From Cyanobacteriota bacterium (lineage in GTDB: Bacteria; Cyanobacteriota; Cyanobacteriia; Thermostichales; Thermostichaceae), in the NCBI GenBank assembly GCA_033764955.1, contig JANRIL010000031.1, forward strand, positions 10,534 to 74,533: DNA of 64,000 nucleotides, given 5' to 3'. Below the pieces are notes generated by a model. It had not been told where the DNA came from. It ran no database searches and saw only the letters and a list, made by a program, of their open reading frames with translations. The position numbers and the translations under genes were made by a program. Of this stretch, positions 10,422 to 19,505 are shown piece by piece. Positions within the stretch are counted from its first letter, which is position 1. Every line of letters starts with the position of its first letter.

Positions 10422-11423
10422 TTAAGATGGAATCAACTGGCTGTATTCCTGAATAGGAACTGTTACTTCCTTGATATCAATGGCTTTGGGAATGATTTTG
10501 AGCTGATAGAAGATGTCTGCCACTTCTTGTTGAGCTGCAACAACTACCTCATTAATTGGTAATAAGCCCCAATTGCGTCGTTGATTAGCTATTTCTAGAA
10601 TAGCTGGATCAATCTTCAGATCTTTGGCAAAGATCTCAGCAATTTGACGAGTGTTTTGCTGTCCCCAAACCTCATTGACTTTCGCTTCTTGAAGGATAGT
10701 TTTTACTACTTCAGGAAATTGTCTGACAAAAGTTTGAGAGGCCAGGAAGAAAGCCCGCCTTTCTCGTCCTTGCTTGAGGTTTCGCACTGTATTTGTCCCC
10801 TCAATTACCGCTAAAAAAGGATCCCAAATTGACCAAGCATCGACATTCCTTTGCTCAAATGCTGATCTAGCATCAGCAGGAGAGAGAGAGACAATCTCTA
10901 CTTCATCAATGGGGATATTTTGCTCTTGCAAAACCGCGATGAGGAGATAGTGGGCACTGGATCCCTTTTGTAGGGCAACCTTTTTCCCTTTCAAATCGGC
11001 AACGGTTTGAATCGGTGAATCTTTAGGAACCACAATATCTTGGGTAAGGGCACCACGGGGGGTAGAAGCAAGATAGTAGAACTGGGTTCCGGCTGCTTGG
11101 GCAAAGATAGGAGGAGTTTCTCCAACCCCGCCAAAATCAAGGCTACCCGCATTGAGCGCTTCCAACATGGGTGGCCCAGACTGAAAGAATACCCATTCAA
11201 CACTCCACCCCTGCTCCCCGATACGTTTCTCCAGCTCTCCCCGAAAACGCAAGAGGTCAAGCTCACTAAATCGCTGATAGCCAATTTTCTCCACTTCATT
11301 ATTCGACCGTTGAGTCTGGGCATGAACATTTTGATTGACGAGGCGAGAACTGAAAGCTAGGGTTGCTGCCACCCCCAGCCCCAAGCCACGCAAAATTTCT
11401 CGCCGCTGATAAACATTCATCAT
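10422..11423 (-). CDS. ssuA: Second SsuA-family substrate-binding protein (probable Tat signal)
   Basis: GPPMLEALNAG, GETPPIFAQAAG and QKGSSAHY; start reassigned to the ATG at 11423 after AAGGAGGA; QRREILRG leader. Confidence 0.88.
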   Translation of the reverse strand: MMNVYQRREILRGLGLGVAATLAFSSRLVNQNVHAQTQRSNNEVEKIGYQRFSELDLLRFRGELEKRIGEQGWSVEWVFFQSGPPMLEALNAGSLDFGGVGETPPIFAQAAGTQFYYLASTPRGALTQDIVVPKDSPIQTVADLKGKKVALQKGSSAHYLLIAVLQEQNIPIDEVEIVSLSPADARSAFEQRNVDAWSIWDPFLAVIEGTNTVRNLKQGRERRAFFLASQTFVRQFPEVVKTILQEAKVNEVWGQQNTRQIAEIFAKDLKIDPAILEIANQRRNWGLLPINEVVVAAQQEVADIFYQLKIIPKAIDIKEVTVPIQEYSQLIPS

Positions 11424-11533
11424 GAGTTGTTCCTCCTTATGAAGAAAATGAATGACTTCAATGGGATGGAACCCCTCAGGGTGAGGCCCAACTGCCCTTA
11501 TCTCAGCAATCCTAAACACCATCCTACAAATCT

Positions 11534-11599
11534 ACGGCAAACACATCGGAATACCGTTGTTAGTTCTCGTATCGTACTATGCTTTTTCTGGAAATGCAA
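11534..11599 (-). promoter_or_regulatory. Sigma70-type promoter and downstream inverted repeat for the ssu cluster
   Basis: TTGCAT (11599-11594)-N17-TACGAT (11576-11571); ACGG-N16-CCGT repeat at 11534-11557. Confidence 0.55.
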
Positions 11600-11647
11600 G
11601 ACAAATGAAATTCAAATGTGTTTGATTCGTGTTTTATGACAGATTTT

Positions 11648-13081
11648 CTAGGATCGTAGCGAGAGGATAGGGTTAGCCGAACGCTCCAGAAGGGTTTGAG
11701 CCAACTGTTCTGCTTGCAGCCGGATTTCAGCAATCGCTGTGGTTTCCCAAAGATTGCCTTTGCGGGGTGGGCCGAGGGTAAACAGCCAATCGGCAGGGAT
11801 CCCTGCTTGGTTTAACAACGCCCCATCCTTGGCGGTATCCAGACCTAGTTCCAGAGGATCGGGGCGAATTAGCCCTTGTTCTTGCAGATTGATAATCAGT
11901 GGATGGGACAGCTTGCGATAGCTGCACTGGGATCCCGTGCAGTTGATCACCCGTGCCACCCGCAGGTAATCAGCTTCTTGAGTTTGGCGGCGACGGATCC
12001 ACACGCTCACTCCTTCAGTATCGTCAGCAATGGCTGTGATCCGCCCTGCATAGAGGCGTAGGGATCCCGCCTTGATTTCTTGCTGAATCTGCTCGGCTAC
12101 AGGGGGGGCTGTGCGATGGCGATGAATTTCCCAATAGGGACGGACATGCCGGAGAAAGCGTTTTTGCTCAGTTATTGACCATGACTGCCAGAGGGCTTGT
12201 AAATGGGGGCGTAAGCTATCGAGCACCACGCGCCAATCCTGTCCCAGACTGGCGGCTACTTTGACCTGCCAACGCACTCGCCGCATCACCTGACGCACCG
12301 TTAGAGGAAGTTCGGTGAGAGGATCCAAAGGAGTGTAAGTCGCCTGCTTAGAGGGAATACCTAGGCTGGAGAATCGATGAACCAGCGGCAAGCGCCCTCG
12401 CCGAGATACGACTTCAATCAGACCCCGATGCCCCTGTGCCCGTAGTGCCAACACTTGGTCGATCATGGTTAGCCCTGAACCGATTAACAGCACAGTGGCT
12501 TCCGGCTCCAGGTTGGAGAGAGCCGCCGGATCCCAAGCGTAGTGGCGATAACGCTGGCTGTTGAGAAAAAAGGGATCCCCGGTTACCGGATCCCCTGGCG
12601 GAAAATGCCCCAAGGCCAAAACCACTTGATCCAGTAGCAATCGATCTCCACTATCCAACTGCAACATGGCTGTGGATCCCCAGCCTTTACCGGAGAGCGC
12701 CACTGCTTCCGCCTGCCAAACCCGAAGGGTCACCTCTGGGCTGGCTTGCTCAATAGCCTTCTGCAAAACGGATTGGAGATATTGCCCATAAAGCTGGCGA
12801 GGCAGGAAGTGATAGGGATCCCCTCCCATCAGCTTCCCGTCCGGCAAGGTTTGTAAGAACTGTAAAAAATCCATTGGTTGATCGGCAAAAGCACTGGCGG
12901 ATCCAGCCGGAATATTGAGTAAATGCGCCGATGTGGAGGTACGGTAGGCAACTCCACGCCCAATCGGGGGATGGCGCTCAATCAAATGGATAGTCAGGGG
13001 ATGGCTGGCTTTTCGTAAAAGGTGGACGACAACCAAGGTGCCACTCAACCCACCCCCGATCACGCCAATTTGCTGCCTCAT
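11648..13081 (-). CDS. FAD/NAD(P)-binding protein (YdhS / NAD_binding_9-like)
   Basis: IGGGLSG, GRGVAY..HLLN, IGSGLTMID, WEIHRHR, VINCTG and WETTAIAEIR motifs. Confidence 0.85.
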   Translation of the reverse strand: MRQQIGVIGGGLSGTLVVVHLLRKASHPLTIHLIERHPPIGRGVAYRTSTSAHLLNIPAGSASAFADQPMDFLQFLQTLPDGKLMGGDPYHFLPRQLYGQYLQSVLQKAIEQASPEVTLRVWQAEAVALSGKGWGSTAMLQLDSGDRLLLDQVVLALGHFPPGDPVTGDPFFLNSQRYRHYAWDPAALSNLEPEATVLLIGSGLTMIDQVLALRAQGHRGLIEVVSRRGRLPLVHRFSSLGIPSKQATYTPLDPLTELPLTVRQVMRRVRWQVKVAASLGQDWRVVLDSLRPHLQALWQSWSITEQKRFLRHVRPYWEIHRHRTAPPVAEQIQQEIKAGSLRLYAGRITAIADDTEGVSVWIRRRQTQEADYLRVARVINCTGSQCSYRKLSHPLIINLQEQGLIRPDPLELGLDTAKDGALLNQAGIPADWLFTLGPPRKGNLWETTAIAEIRLQAEQLAQTLLERSANPILSLRS

Positions 13082-13232
13082 TTTTGATTCCAGATTATTT
13101 GCAAGTGCATTCTAATTCACTTAAATTTCGCATGCCATGATCACGATCCCTACTGCCACAGTTGGGGGATGTCCGTTCTGTGGATAGGCATTCACAGATG
13201 ATGAAAAGGGGGGGGCTCCTGGGATCCCGACC

Positions 13233-13532
13233 TTAAAACTCCATGTCTTCCTCTGCCTGAGCCGGATCAATCGGCTGCTGTAGGGTGGGAGGTTGGGAGG
13301 CAGATTCAGGCTGCCCCGTCAGGGTTTCAATGATCAAGTCCACCTGAGCTTGTTTGGCATGCAGAAACGCTTCACAGTCTCGCAGAGTCTGGCTAGCCCG
13401 TTCAAATTGGCTGACAACTTCACCCAAATCCAGCGCTCCCGATTCAATCTGGGTGATAATCCCTTCGACTTCTTGGATGGCGGTTTCATAATGCCAAGGA
13501 GTCGGGATTGGGGATGAATTCCTTTTCGGCAT
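13233..13532 (-). CDS. xseB: Exodeoxyribonuclease VII small subunit
   Basis: YETAIQEVEGIITQIESGALDL; overlaps the end of xseA. Confidence 0.9.
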   Translation of the reverse strand: MPKRNSSPIPTPWHYETAIQEVEGIITQIESGALDLGEVVSQFERASQTLRDCEAFLHAKQAQVDLIIETLTGQPESASQPPTLQQPIDPAQAEEDMEF

Positions 13533-14793
13533 GGGCTTCGACTCTTACCCTAAGATGGCCTGATGCTAGTTCTATCACTAGCGGGGTGCCTGCTGGCAAC
13601 TGGTTACTGCGAATCCAGACTCCAGTTTCGCCGCGCACAAGGGCATAGCCACGCTGGAGAACAGCCTGCGGATCGAGAGCCAGAAGCTGCTGTCGGAGTG
13701 CCTGTTGCTGAGAGTGGGCTTGCTGCAAACGCTGATGGACTAGCTGTCGGAGGCGATGTATCCGCTCAGTTTGTTGCTGCTGGTGTTGCTGGAGGTGCTG
13801 ATCCAGAGGCCAGCGCTCAAGGCGTTGTCGGAGGGTTTGGATGTGAAGATGCGCCAACTGCAATTGATACTGAGTCTGCTGGTGCAGGTGTTGGTGCAGA
13901 CGGGTGCATTGTTGATGCAGTTGCTCAAGACTGGGCACAACCCGCTCAGCCGCCGCCGTCGGGGTGTGGGCGGCACAATCGGCGGCTAAGTCAGCTAACG
14001 TTTCATCTCGCTCATGACCGATACCTGTGAGCACTGGGATCCGACATTGGTTAATTGACCTTACCAACCGCTCATCATTAAAGCACCACAAATCCTCCGC
14101 TGCGCCCCCCCCCCTCGCCACAATCACTACCTCAGCGCGTCCGTCCTGCTCGACGGTTTGGATGGCTTGGATCAAGCTGGCTGCCGCCTGTTCACCCTGC
14201 ACCACAGCCGCCACTAATAAAACCCACAATCCGGGATAGCGGCGGCGCAAGGTCTTTTGGATATCTCCCCAAGCGGCAGATTGTGGGGACGTAACCACAG
14301 CAATGCAGCTAGGATGTCGAGGCAGTGGCCTTTTCAGGTGAGGATCAAACAATCCTTCGGCCTCAAGACGAGCTTTCATCTGTTGGTAGCGCAAAGCCAG
14401 CAGCCCCTCACCCGCCGGCAGCAGATCCCAGATTTGCAGTTGATAAGTGCTACCTTTGGCGTAGGTGCGAATTTGTCCCAAGGCCATCACCTGTTGACCC
14501 ACCTTGGGCAAAAACGTTAGGCGAGCCATCTGATTCTGCCAAGCGACTGCTTTCAGGGCATCCCCGGTTTCGGCATCGGTTAGGGTCAAAAATAGATGGC
14601 GTTGTTGGGAACAACTAGACACTTCTCCCGTCACCCATAGCTTGAGTAAATGGGGATCCTCCTGCAAAAGCGCTTGAATGTATTGAGCCACCCCGGCCAC
14701 CGACAGCACCGGGATGCCGGCGGTCAGATCAGCCAGTTGCCGTGCGTTAACCGTAGCGGGGGACAACCCGATAGAATAGATAGGCTCTGGCAT
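13486..14793 (-). CDS. xseA: Exodeoxyribonuclease VII large subunit
   Basis: WVTGEVS, ARGGG..EDLWCFNDE, GIGHERD, TPTAAAE and VLQRGYA motifs. Confidence 0.97.
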   Translation of the reverse strand: MPEPIYSIGLSPATVNARQLADLTAGIPVLSVAGVAQYIQALLQEDPHLLKLWVTGEVSSCSQQRHLFLTLTDAETGDALKAVAWQNQMARLTFLPKVGQQVMALGQIRTYAKGSTYQLQIWDLLPAGEGLLALRYQQMKARLEAEGLFDPHLKRPLPRHPSCIAVVTSPQSAAWGDIQKTLRRRYPGLWVLLVAAVVQGEQAAASLIQAIQTVEQDGRAEVVIVARGGGAAEDLWCFNDERLVRSINQCRIPVLTGIGHERDETLADLAADCAAHTPTAAAERVVPSLEQLHQQCTRLHQHLHQQTQYQLQLAHLHIQTLRQRLERWPLDQHLQQHQQQQTERIHRLRQLVHQRLQQAHSQQQALRQQLLALDPQAVLQRGYALVRGETGVWIRSNQLPAGTPLVIELASGHLRVRVEAHAEKEFIPNPDSLAL

Positions 14794-14800
14794 GAAACGA

Positions 14801-15946
14801 CTATTTCACCTTTTGGGCAATCCATTCGGCCAACTCCCCTGGGGTCATAGCTCCCACATGAGCACCCAGCGCCACTAATTTTCCGGCTAACTCATGGTTA
14901 TAAACCGGATCGGCCTGTTGATCGAGAGCTGCTAACCCCAGCAAGGTCACTCCACTTTCTAAGAGCTGTTTGGCTACCGATAACAGCCGTTGTTCCGGCG
15001 CACCTTCAAAGAAATCGCTGATCAGCACGATAATCGTTTGGCGAGGATTGATCACCAAAGACGCGGCATAGGCTAAGGCTTGTCCGATATCTGTCCCTCC
15101 GCCCAACTGCACCTTCATCAAGGTCTCCACCGGATCGGTGCAATCTTGGGTCACATCCACCACCGACGTGTCAAATAAAATTAGGTGGGTTTTCAGGGTT
15201 TTGATGCCAAAAAAGATGGCCGCTGTTACCGCCGCATGAATCACGTTGTCCAACATACTACCCGACTCGTCCACCACCACAATAATTTGCCAACGATCCA
15301 CCAAACGGCGACTACGGGAATGAAAATAGGGGGTCTGAATAAAAAGTTGGCGAGACTGAGGATCGTAATGTTTGAGGTTGCGTTTGATAGTCGTCAAGGG
15401 GTCAAAATTTTTGGCGACTTTAAGCAGGGAGCGCTTCTGTTGGTTGACGGATCCTAAAAAGGGAGACTGTACCCGACGGGCCAGTTTTTCCATCAACTCG
15501 TCAATGACTTTTTTTACCAGTTGACGAGCCATCGCCAGCACCGATTGATTCATCAAATGCTTCGTTCGCAAAACCGCTTTCAAAAGTGTGGGGCTGGGTT
15601 GAGCCCGACTCAACAGGTCAGGGTTGGTAACCATTTCCTCCAGGTTGTATCGCTCTAGAGCGTCTTTTTCTAGGCGCTCGATCGTTTTTTTGGGAAACAA
15701 TTCATGCACGCCATTGATCCAATCGGGAACGGTCAACTGGGAGGGATCCAACGAGCCGTGCTGTCCTCCACCGGGGCGCACATTCTGGGATCCCCCATAT
15801 TCCCGATCATAAAGAAAGGCCAATAGCTGATCCTGGCGCAACGTTTCCCCCTCCAGTCCACAGCCGAGGACTTGCTCGGCATTTTGTCCCAACACTAAAC
15901 GCCAACGGATTAAGCGAGGATGGGGGGGTTGCTGGCTCATAATCAA
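14801..15946 (-). CDS. VWA-domain protein (YehP/CoxE-like)
   Basis: RWRLVLG N-terminus, MIDAS DESGS, QLGGGTDIGQAL and LISDFFEG motifs. Confidence 0.88.
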   Translation of the reverse strand: MIMSQQPPHPRLIRWRLVLGQNAEQVLGCGLEGETLRQDQLLAFLYDREYGGSQNVRPGGGQHGSLDPSQLTVPDWINGVHELFPKKTIERLEKDALERYNLEEMVTNPDLLSRAQPSPTLLKAVLRTKHLMNQSVLAMARQLVKKVIDELMEKLARRVQSPFLGSVNQQKRSLLKVAKNFDPLTTIKRNLKHYDPQSRQLFIQTPYFHSRSRRLVDRWQIIVVVDESGSMLDNVIHAAVTAAIFFGIKTLKTHLILFDTSVVDVTQDCTDPVETLMKVQLGGGTDIGQALAYAASLVINPRQTIIVLISDFFEGAPEQRLLSVAKQLLESGVTLLGLAALDQQADPVYNHELAGKLVALGAHVGAMTPGELAEWIAQKVK

Positions 15947-15976
15947 CGATCGATCCTAGGCAGACGAATGGAGCCA

Positions 15977-16651
15977 TTAAGACACAGGTAATTCTGTGAG
16001 AAGTTTGTTGAGAATTTCGGCATGGCTTAGTCCGGCGTCCACCCAGGCTTCTCCTTCCTTGAGGCGGGTTTGGGTGGTGATGACAAACAAATTCTCGTTG
16101 GCTCCTAACACCTCACTACTGGTTTGGATACAAGCTAACTCTCGTCCTGTCAACTGGCTAAACCAAGTCGCCAACAGTCCTGCTTCTAAAAATCCCATCG
16201 GGCGATTGACGTTGAGGGGGGTAAGAATGTCAAAGGCAGAATTTTGAATGGTGACAATTAGGATCCCTTGCTCCTTGTGACTCCAATCAATGCTGAGCAG
16301 CCCCCAGCCGTGGGTTTTCCAGGCTTGTTGTAGGTTTTGGATAAATAGCCCCATTTCCAGTTGAGCCAGTGGCTTTTGATAAAAATCACTGAGTTCTCTG
16401 GCAAAGCGGCGAAAAAATTCTTTGCCCCACATTTGCCCGCAATGGCGTAAAACTAGGCGGGCAGCCTGTCCCGTTTCATATTCCAAACCGCTATAAATAC
16501 CTCGGATCAAAGCGGCAGGCAGAGCCAGCAGCCGTTCCCCATGACGGCTCATCAATAAGCCCGATTCCAGATCGCTTTGCACATAGATCTGGGGGGCATA
16601 ATAATTGCCGGGAATAGGGACATTGGGATCAAACAAAGAGGCGCTAGTCAT
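15977..16651 (-). CDS. V4R (4-vinyl reductase-like) domain protein
   Basis: PGNYYAP, DLESGLL, CGQMWGK, WKTHGWG and FSQLTGRELACIQT, typical of cyanobacterial V4R proteins. Confidence 0.85.
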   Translation of the reverse strand: MTSASLFDPNVPIPGNYYAPQIYVQSDLESGLLMSRHGERLLALPAALIRGIYSGLEYETGQAARLVLRHCGQMWGKEFFRRFARELSDFYQKPLAQLEMGLFIQNLQQAWKTHGWGLLSIDWSHKEQGILIVTIQNSAFDILTPLNVNRPMGFLEAGLLATWFSQLTGRELACIQTSSEVLGANENLFVITTQTRLKEGEAWVDAGLSHAEILNKLLTELPVS

Positions 16652-16738
16652 GCGTCAATCCACTCACAAAAGCTGGGACAGAGGGAAACAAGTCAGGGAT
16701 ACTAGGGATCCCGTTTGGCTGCCATCAGCACCATGCCA

Positions 16739-17203
16739 TCAGCATAATAGTGCCACCTGAGCCTGAGTCACATAAGGACGAATCAACTCTAGCTCGCCTG
16801 CGGATAGCTGCTGCTTGAGACTTTGTTGCAGGCTACGAAAGGCTTTTTCATAGAGGCTTTGTAGGTTGTAGAGGCGAACATGCTCCTCCATCCAGTCCAC
16901 GAGTCGCTCTTTAAGCATCGCCTCATTCTGCAACAACATAGCTAGAGAGGAGTGGCGCAGGATCAGCATTAGATCCCGCTGACAAAGCCCCACCACTTGA
17001 GGGGGGAGAGGCATCATCTCCTGTTGAAGTTGGGCTAGGACTTGTTTCACCAATACTTCTTCTTGATCTCGCAAGGCTCGATAGACATGCAGGCGTTCTG
17101 TCCAGCCAGTCACATAGGACTTGAGTTGAGCCAGTTCAGGGGGTTGCAAATATCGACCCTCAGCTTCAATCAACACTTGCTCAATGGGTTGTGTCATTGA
17201 CAA
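16739..17203 (-). CDS. Phycobiliprotein-like (globin-fold) protein
   Basis: EAEGRYL..EL and LCQRDLMLILRH motifs of the phycobilisome-protein fold; adjacent to the V4R gene. Confidence 0.75.
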   Translation of the reverse strand: MSMTQPIEQVLIEAEGRYLQPPELAQLKSYVTGWTERLHVYRALRDQEEVLVKQVLAQLQQEMMPLPPQVVGLCQRDLMLILRHSSLAMLLQNEAMLKERLVDWMEEHVRLYNLQSLYEKAFRSLQQSLKQQLSAGELELIRPYVTQAQVALLC

Positions 17204-17427
17204 CCGTGCTCCCTAGTTTGACCCCTGCTCTCTTTATACCGTGAGTCGGCAAGGTTCTTCTAGGCTTTGCGTTATTTATTCGTATTCATCACCTCACGGT
17301 TAGGCTATGTTTATCGATCTTGCCAACTTCATCTCACCCACTCAATCCCAGCAAATCAGCTATCCCATCCGTTGATCAACCTGCCCCGATAGCGCAAAGA
17401 TACAAAAGCAGAACCAAACCAGAGCCT

Positions 17428-19362
17428 ATGCCACTACTCAAGCTGGGGAGTCATCCCTCTCTGTTTCGCATCGGGATCCCTTTCCTCATGCTAGGGTTTC
17501 TGGCAGTGCTGGCTAGCTTGCCGATGATCGAGCAGGGCTATCCTTCCACCCATTCCACCCAATTCAACCTGATCTGGGCGTTTCAATATCATCAACAGTT
17601 TGTCGGTGGGCAATTCTATCCCCGTTGGCTGGAGTTTTCTAACTTCGGGTTTGGCAACGCTACGTTTGCTTTTTATCCACCCCTTTGTATGGTGGCGGCG
17701 TTGCCCTTTTTGTTGCTGGGCTGGGATGTGCCCACGGCGTTGGTGGGCAGTATGGGGTTAGCTATTTTCCTGTTGGGCTGGGGGTTGTATGGTTATAGCC
17801 GTTGTTTCTTCCCCACCTGGATCGCTTTGGGGATAGGCGGGGTGGGGATGCTCGCTCCCTATTTTTTGGTGGATATTTATCAACGGGGGGCGATTGGGGA
17901 AGTCTGGGCGATGGTGACGCTGCCCTGGATTGGCTGGGCGGGGGAGCGGCTGCGCCGACAGGCTCAATCAGCATGGCCGATCTTGGGGTTGGCGCTGGCC
18001 TATGGACTGTTGGTGCTTTCCCATTTACCCACGCTACTGATCTTTACGCTGCTGTGGATCCCGTGGCCCTGGATCGTGGCCTTGCCCGGACAGCGCTGGA
18101 GTCTGGTGCTGCGAACCTATGCCGGAATGGCTTTGGCCTTTTGTTGGACGGCGTTTTATCTTTGGCCTGCCACCCTCGATCAGCGCTGGATTCAAGTAGG
18201 ATCCGTCAATGCGGATCCCGAATATCAACCGCAAAACCGTCTGATGGTAAAGGGCTTAACCCAATTTCAGCCGCAATTTACCCAGCACTGGTTCGAGAAA
18301 CCCCTAGTAAATGTTTGGCTGGTGATGGGGGCGGTGACGCTGCTAGTGGGGGTGGTTTGGGTAATTATGGTCTGGTATCAACCGAAGGTGGCGCAGGAGG
18401 GCAGCGAAGAAACTCCCCCGCCTCGATCCGACCTGGGGAGAGTAAGTCTTTATTGGTGGCTAGTGGCGGTAGTGTCGCTGTTGATGATGACGGATCTGCT
18501 GAGTTGGATCTATCCCTTATTGACTCCCCTCAAACGCATCCAGTTTTCCTGGCGTTGGATGAGTCTAACCAGCGTTGTTGTGCCACTTTTGCTGGGATAT
18601 GGCCTGCATCAATCCACCTATTGGGTGCGGGGGTGGCGGCGCTTGGGAGCAGGTATTCTAGCCGTAGCCTGTTTTGGCCTGATGGCCGTCACCGTTACTC
18701 AGGGATCCCAAATCCTGGAGAAAGCCTCCTTCAACCCACGGGAGATGCAGATTTTTACGGTGTTGGCGCAAGCCAAAGCCCGTCTTTATCCGCAGGAACC
18801 TCAAGTTCCTCTGAGCGGCAAAGGGGATCCCTTTCTCTACTGGCACTGGATCTTTCCCGATGGCATGGCCTTTGTGGATGTGCCGGAGTATCGCGCCCGT
18901 GGGGTCACTTACCCCATGCCTCCCCAACAACCCACTCCCCTTTTGGCTTGGCAATCCCCCTCCCTCAACCCTGATCACCTGCAACTCCAGCAATGGCAAT
19001 TTGGGATCCGGCGGTTTCAGGCCATCAATCCTTCTCAGGAGAATGCCGTAGCTTTGGTGAGAACCTTTTATTATCCCGGCTGGTCCGTCCAAATGGATGG
19101 GCGGCGGATCCCTACCGAGAAAACCGCTGAGGGGCAACTGCAAGTGACAATTCCCACCGGAGAGCATCAGGTCAGGATCACCTATCAAGGCACCTGGGCT
19201 GATGGGTTGGGGCGTGCGGTTAGCTTCCTGACGGTTTGGGTTGTTCTGGGGATGATCCTTCGCCCCCAATGGCTGAGCCGAATCCCTCTTGAAAAAGACA
19301 GATTGTCTTCCTTCTGGCAACGTCTGTCTGGGGATCCCCGCCCCCCCACCCCAAAGCCCTAG
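17428..19362 (+). CDS. Polytopic membrane protein, PTPS-related / YfhO-like (probable GT-C glycosyltransferase)
   Basis: GQFYPRW..NFGFG..FAFYPP, APY..DIYQRGAIGE, IQFSWRW and FYYPGW motifs; many TM segments; start uncertain. Confidence 0.75.
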   Translation: MPLLKLGSHPSLFRIGIPFLMLGFLAVLASLPMIEQGYPSTHSTQFNLIWAFQYHQQFVGGQFYPRWLEFSNFGFGNATFAFYPPLCMVAALPFLLLGWDVPTALVGSMGLAIFLLGWGLYGYSRCFFPTWIALGIGGVGMLAPYFLVDIYQRGAIGEVWAMVTLPWIGWAGERLRRQAQSAWPILGLALAYGLLVLSHLPTLLIFTLLWIPWPWIVALPGQRWSLVLRTYAGMALAFCWTAFYLWPATLDQRWIQVGSVNADPEYQPQNRLMVKGLTQFQPQFTQHWFEKPLVNVWLVMGAVTLLVGVVWVIMVWYQPKVAQEGSEETPPPRSDLGRVSLYWWLVAVVSLLMMTDLLSWIYPLLTPLKRIQFSWRWMSLTSVVVPLLLGYGLHQSTYWVRGWRRLGAGILAVACFGLMAVTVTQGSQILEKASFNPREMQIFTVLAQAKARLYPQEPQVPLSGKGDPFLYWHWIFPDGMAFVDVPEYRARGVTYPMPPQQPTPLLAWQSPSLNPDHLQLQQWQFGIRRFQAINPSQENAVALVRTFYYPGWSVQMDGRRIPTEKTAEGQLQVTIPTGEHQVRITYQGTWADGLGRAVSFLTVWVVLGMILRPQWLSRIPLEKDRLSSFWQRLSGDPRPPTPKP

Positions 19363-19505
19363 CATCGGGTTGGATGTGAAAATGGAGGGGGGAAATAAAT
19401 ATAAGTACCGGATTCTCCCCTGGTGCCCTAATTGCTGGTATGACTATTTTGCTGTGGTAGCCAAGCCTGCTAGCCTGAAAAGCAGGGGTCATGGGGTGAA
19501 ATGGC

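Noticed and set aside
4978..11522. Long N-terminal extensions given by the ORF track for the NIL protein, the cupin and the second SsuA
   Set aside because: Downstream ATGs have clear RBSs and match where the family domains begin
17802..18974. 390-aa alternative-frame ORF, and many similar antisense or shifted ORFs in the track
   Set aside because: Nested in well-supported genes, with low-complexity G/A/S composition and no motifs; shadow ORFs
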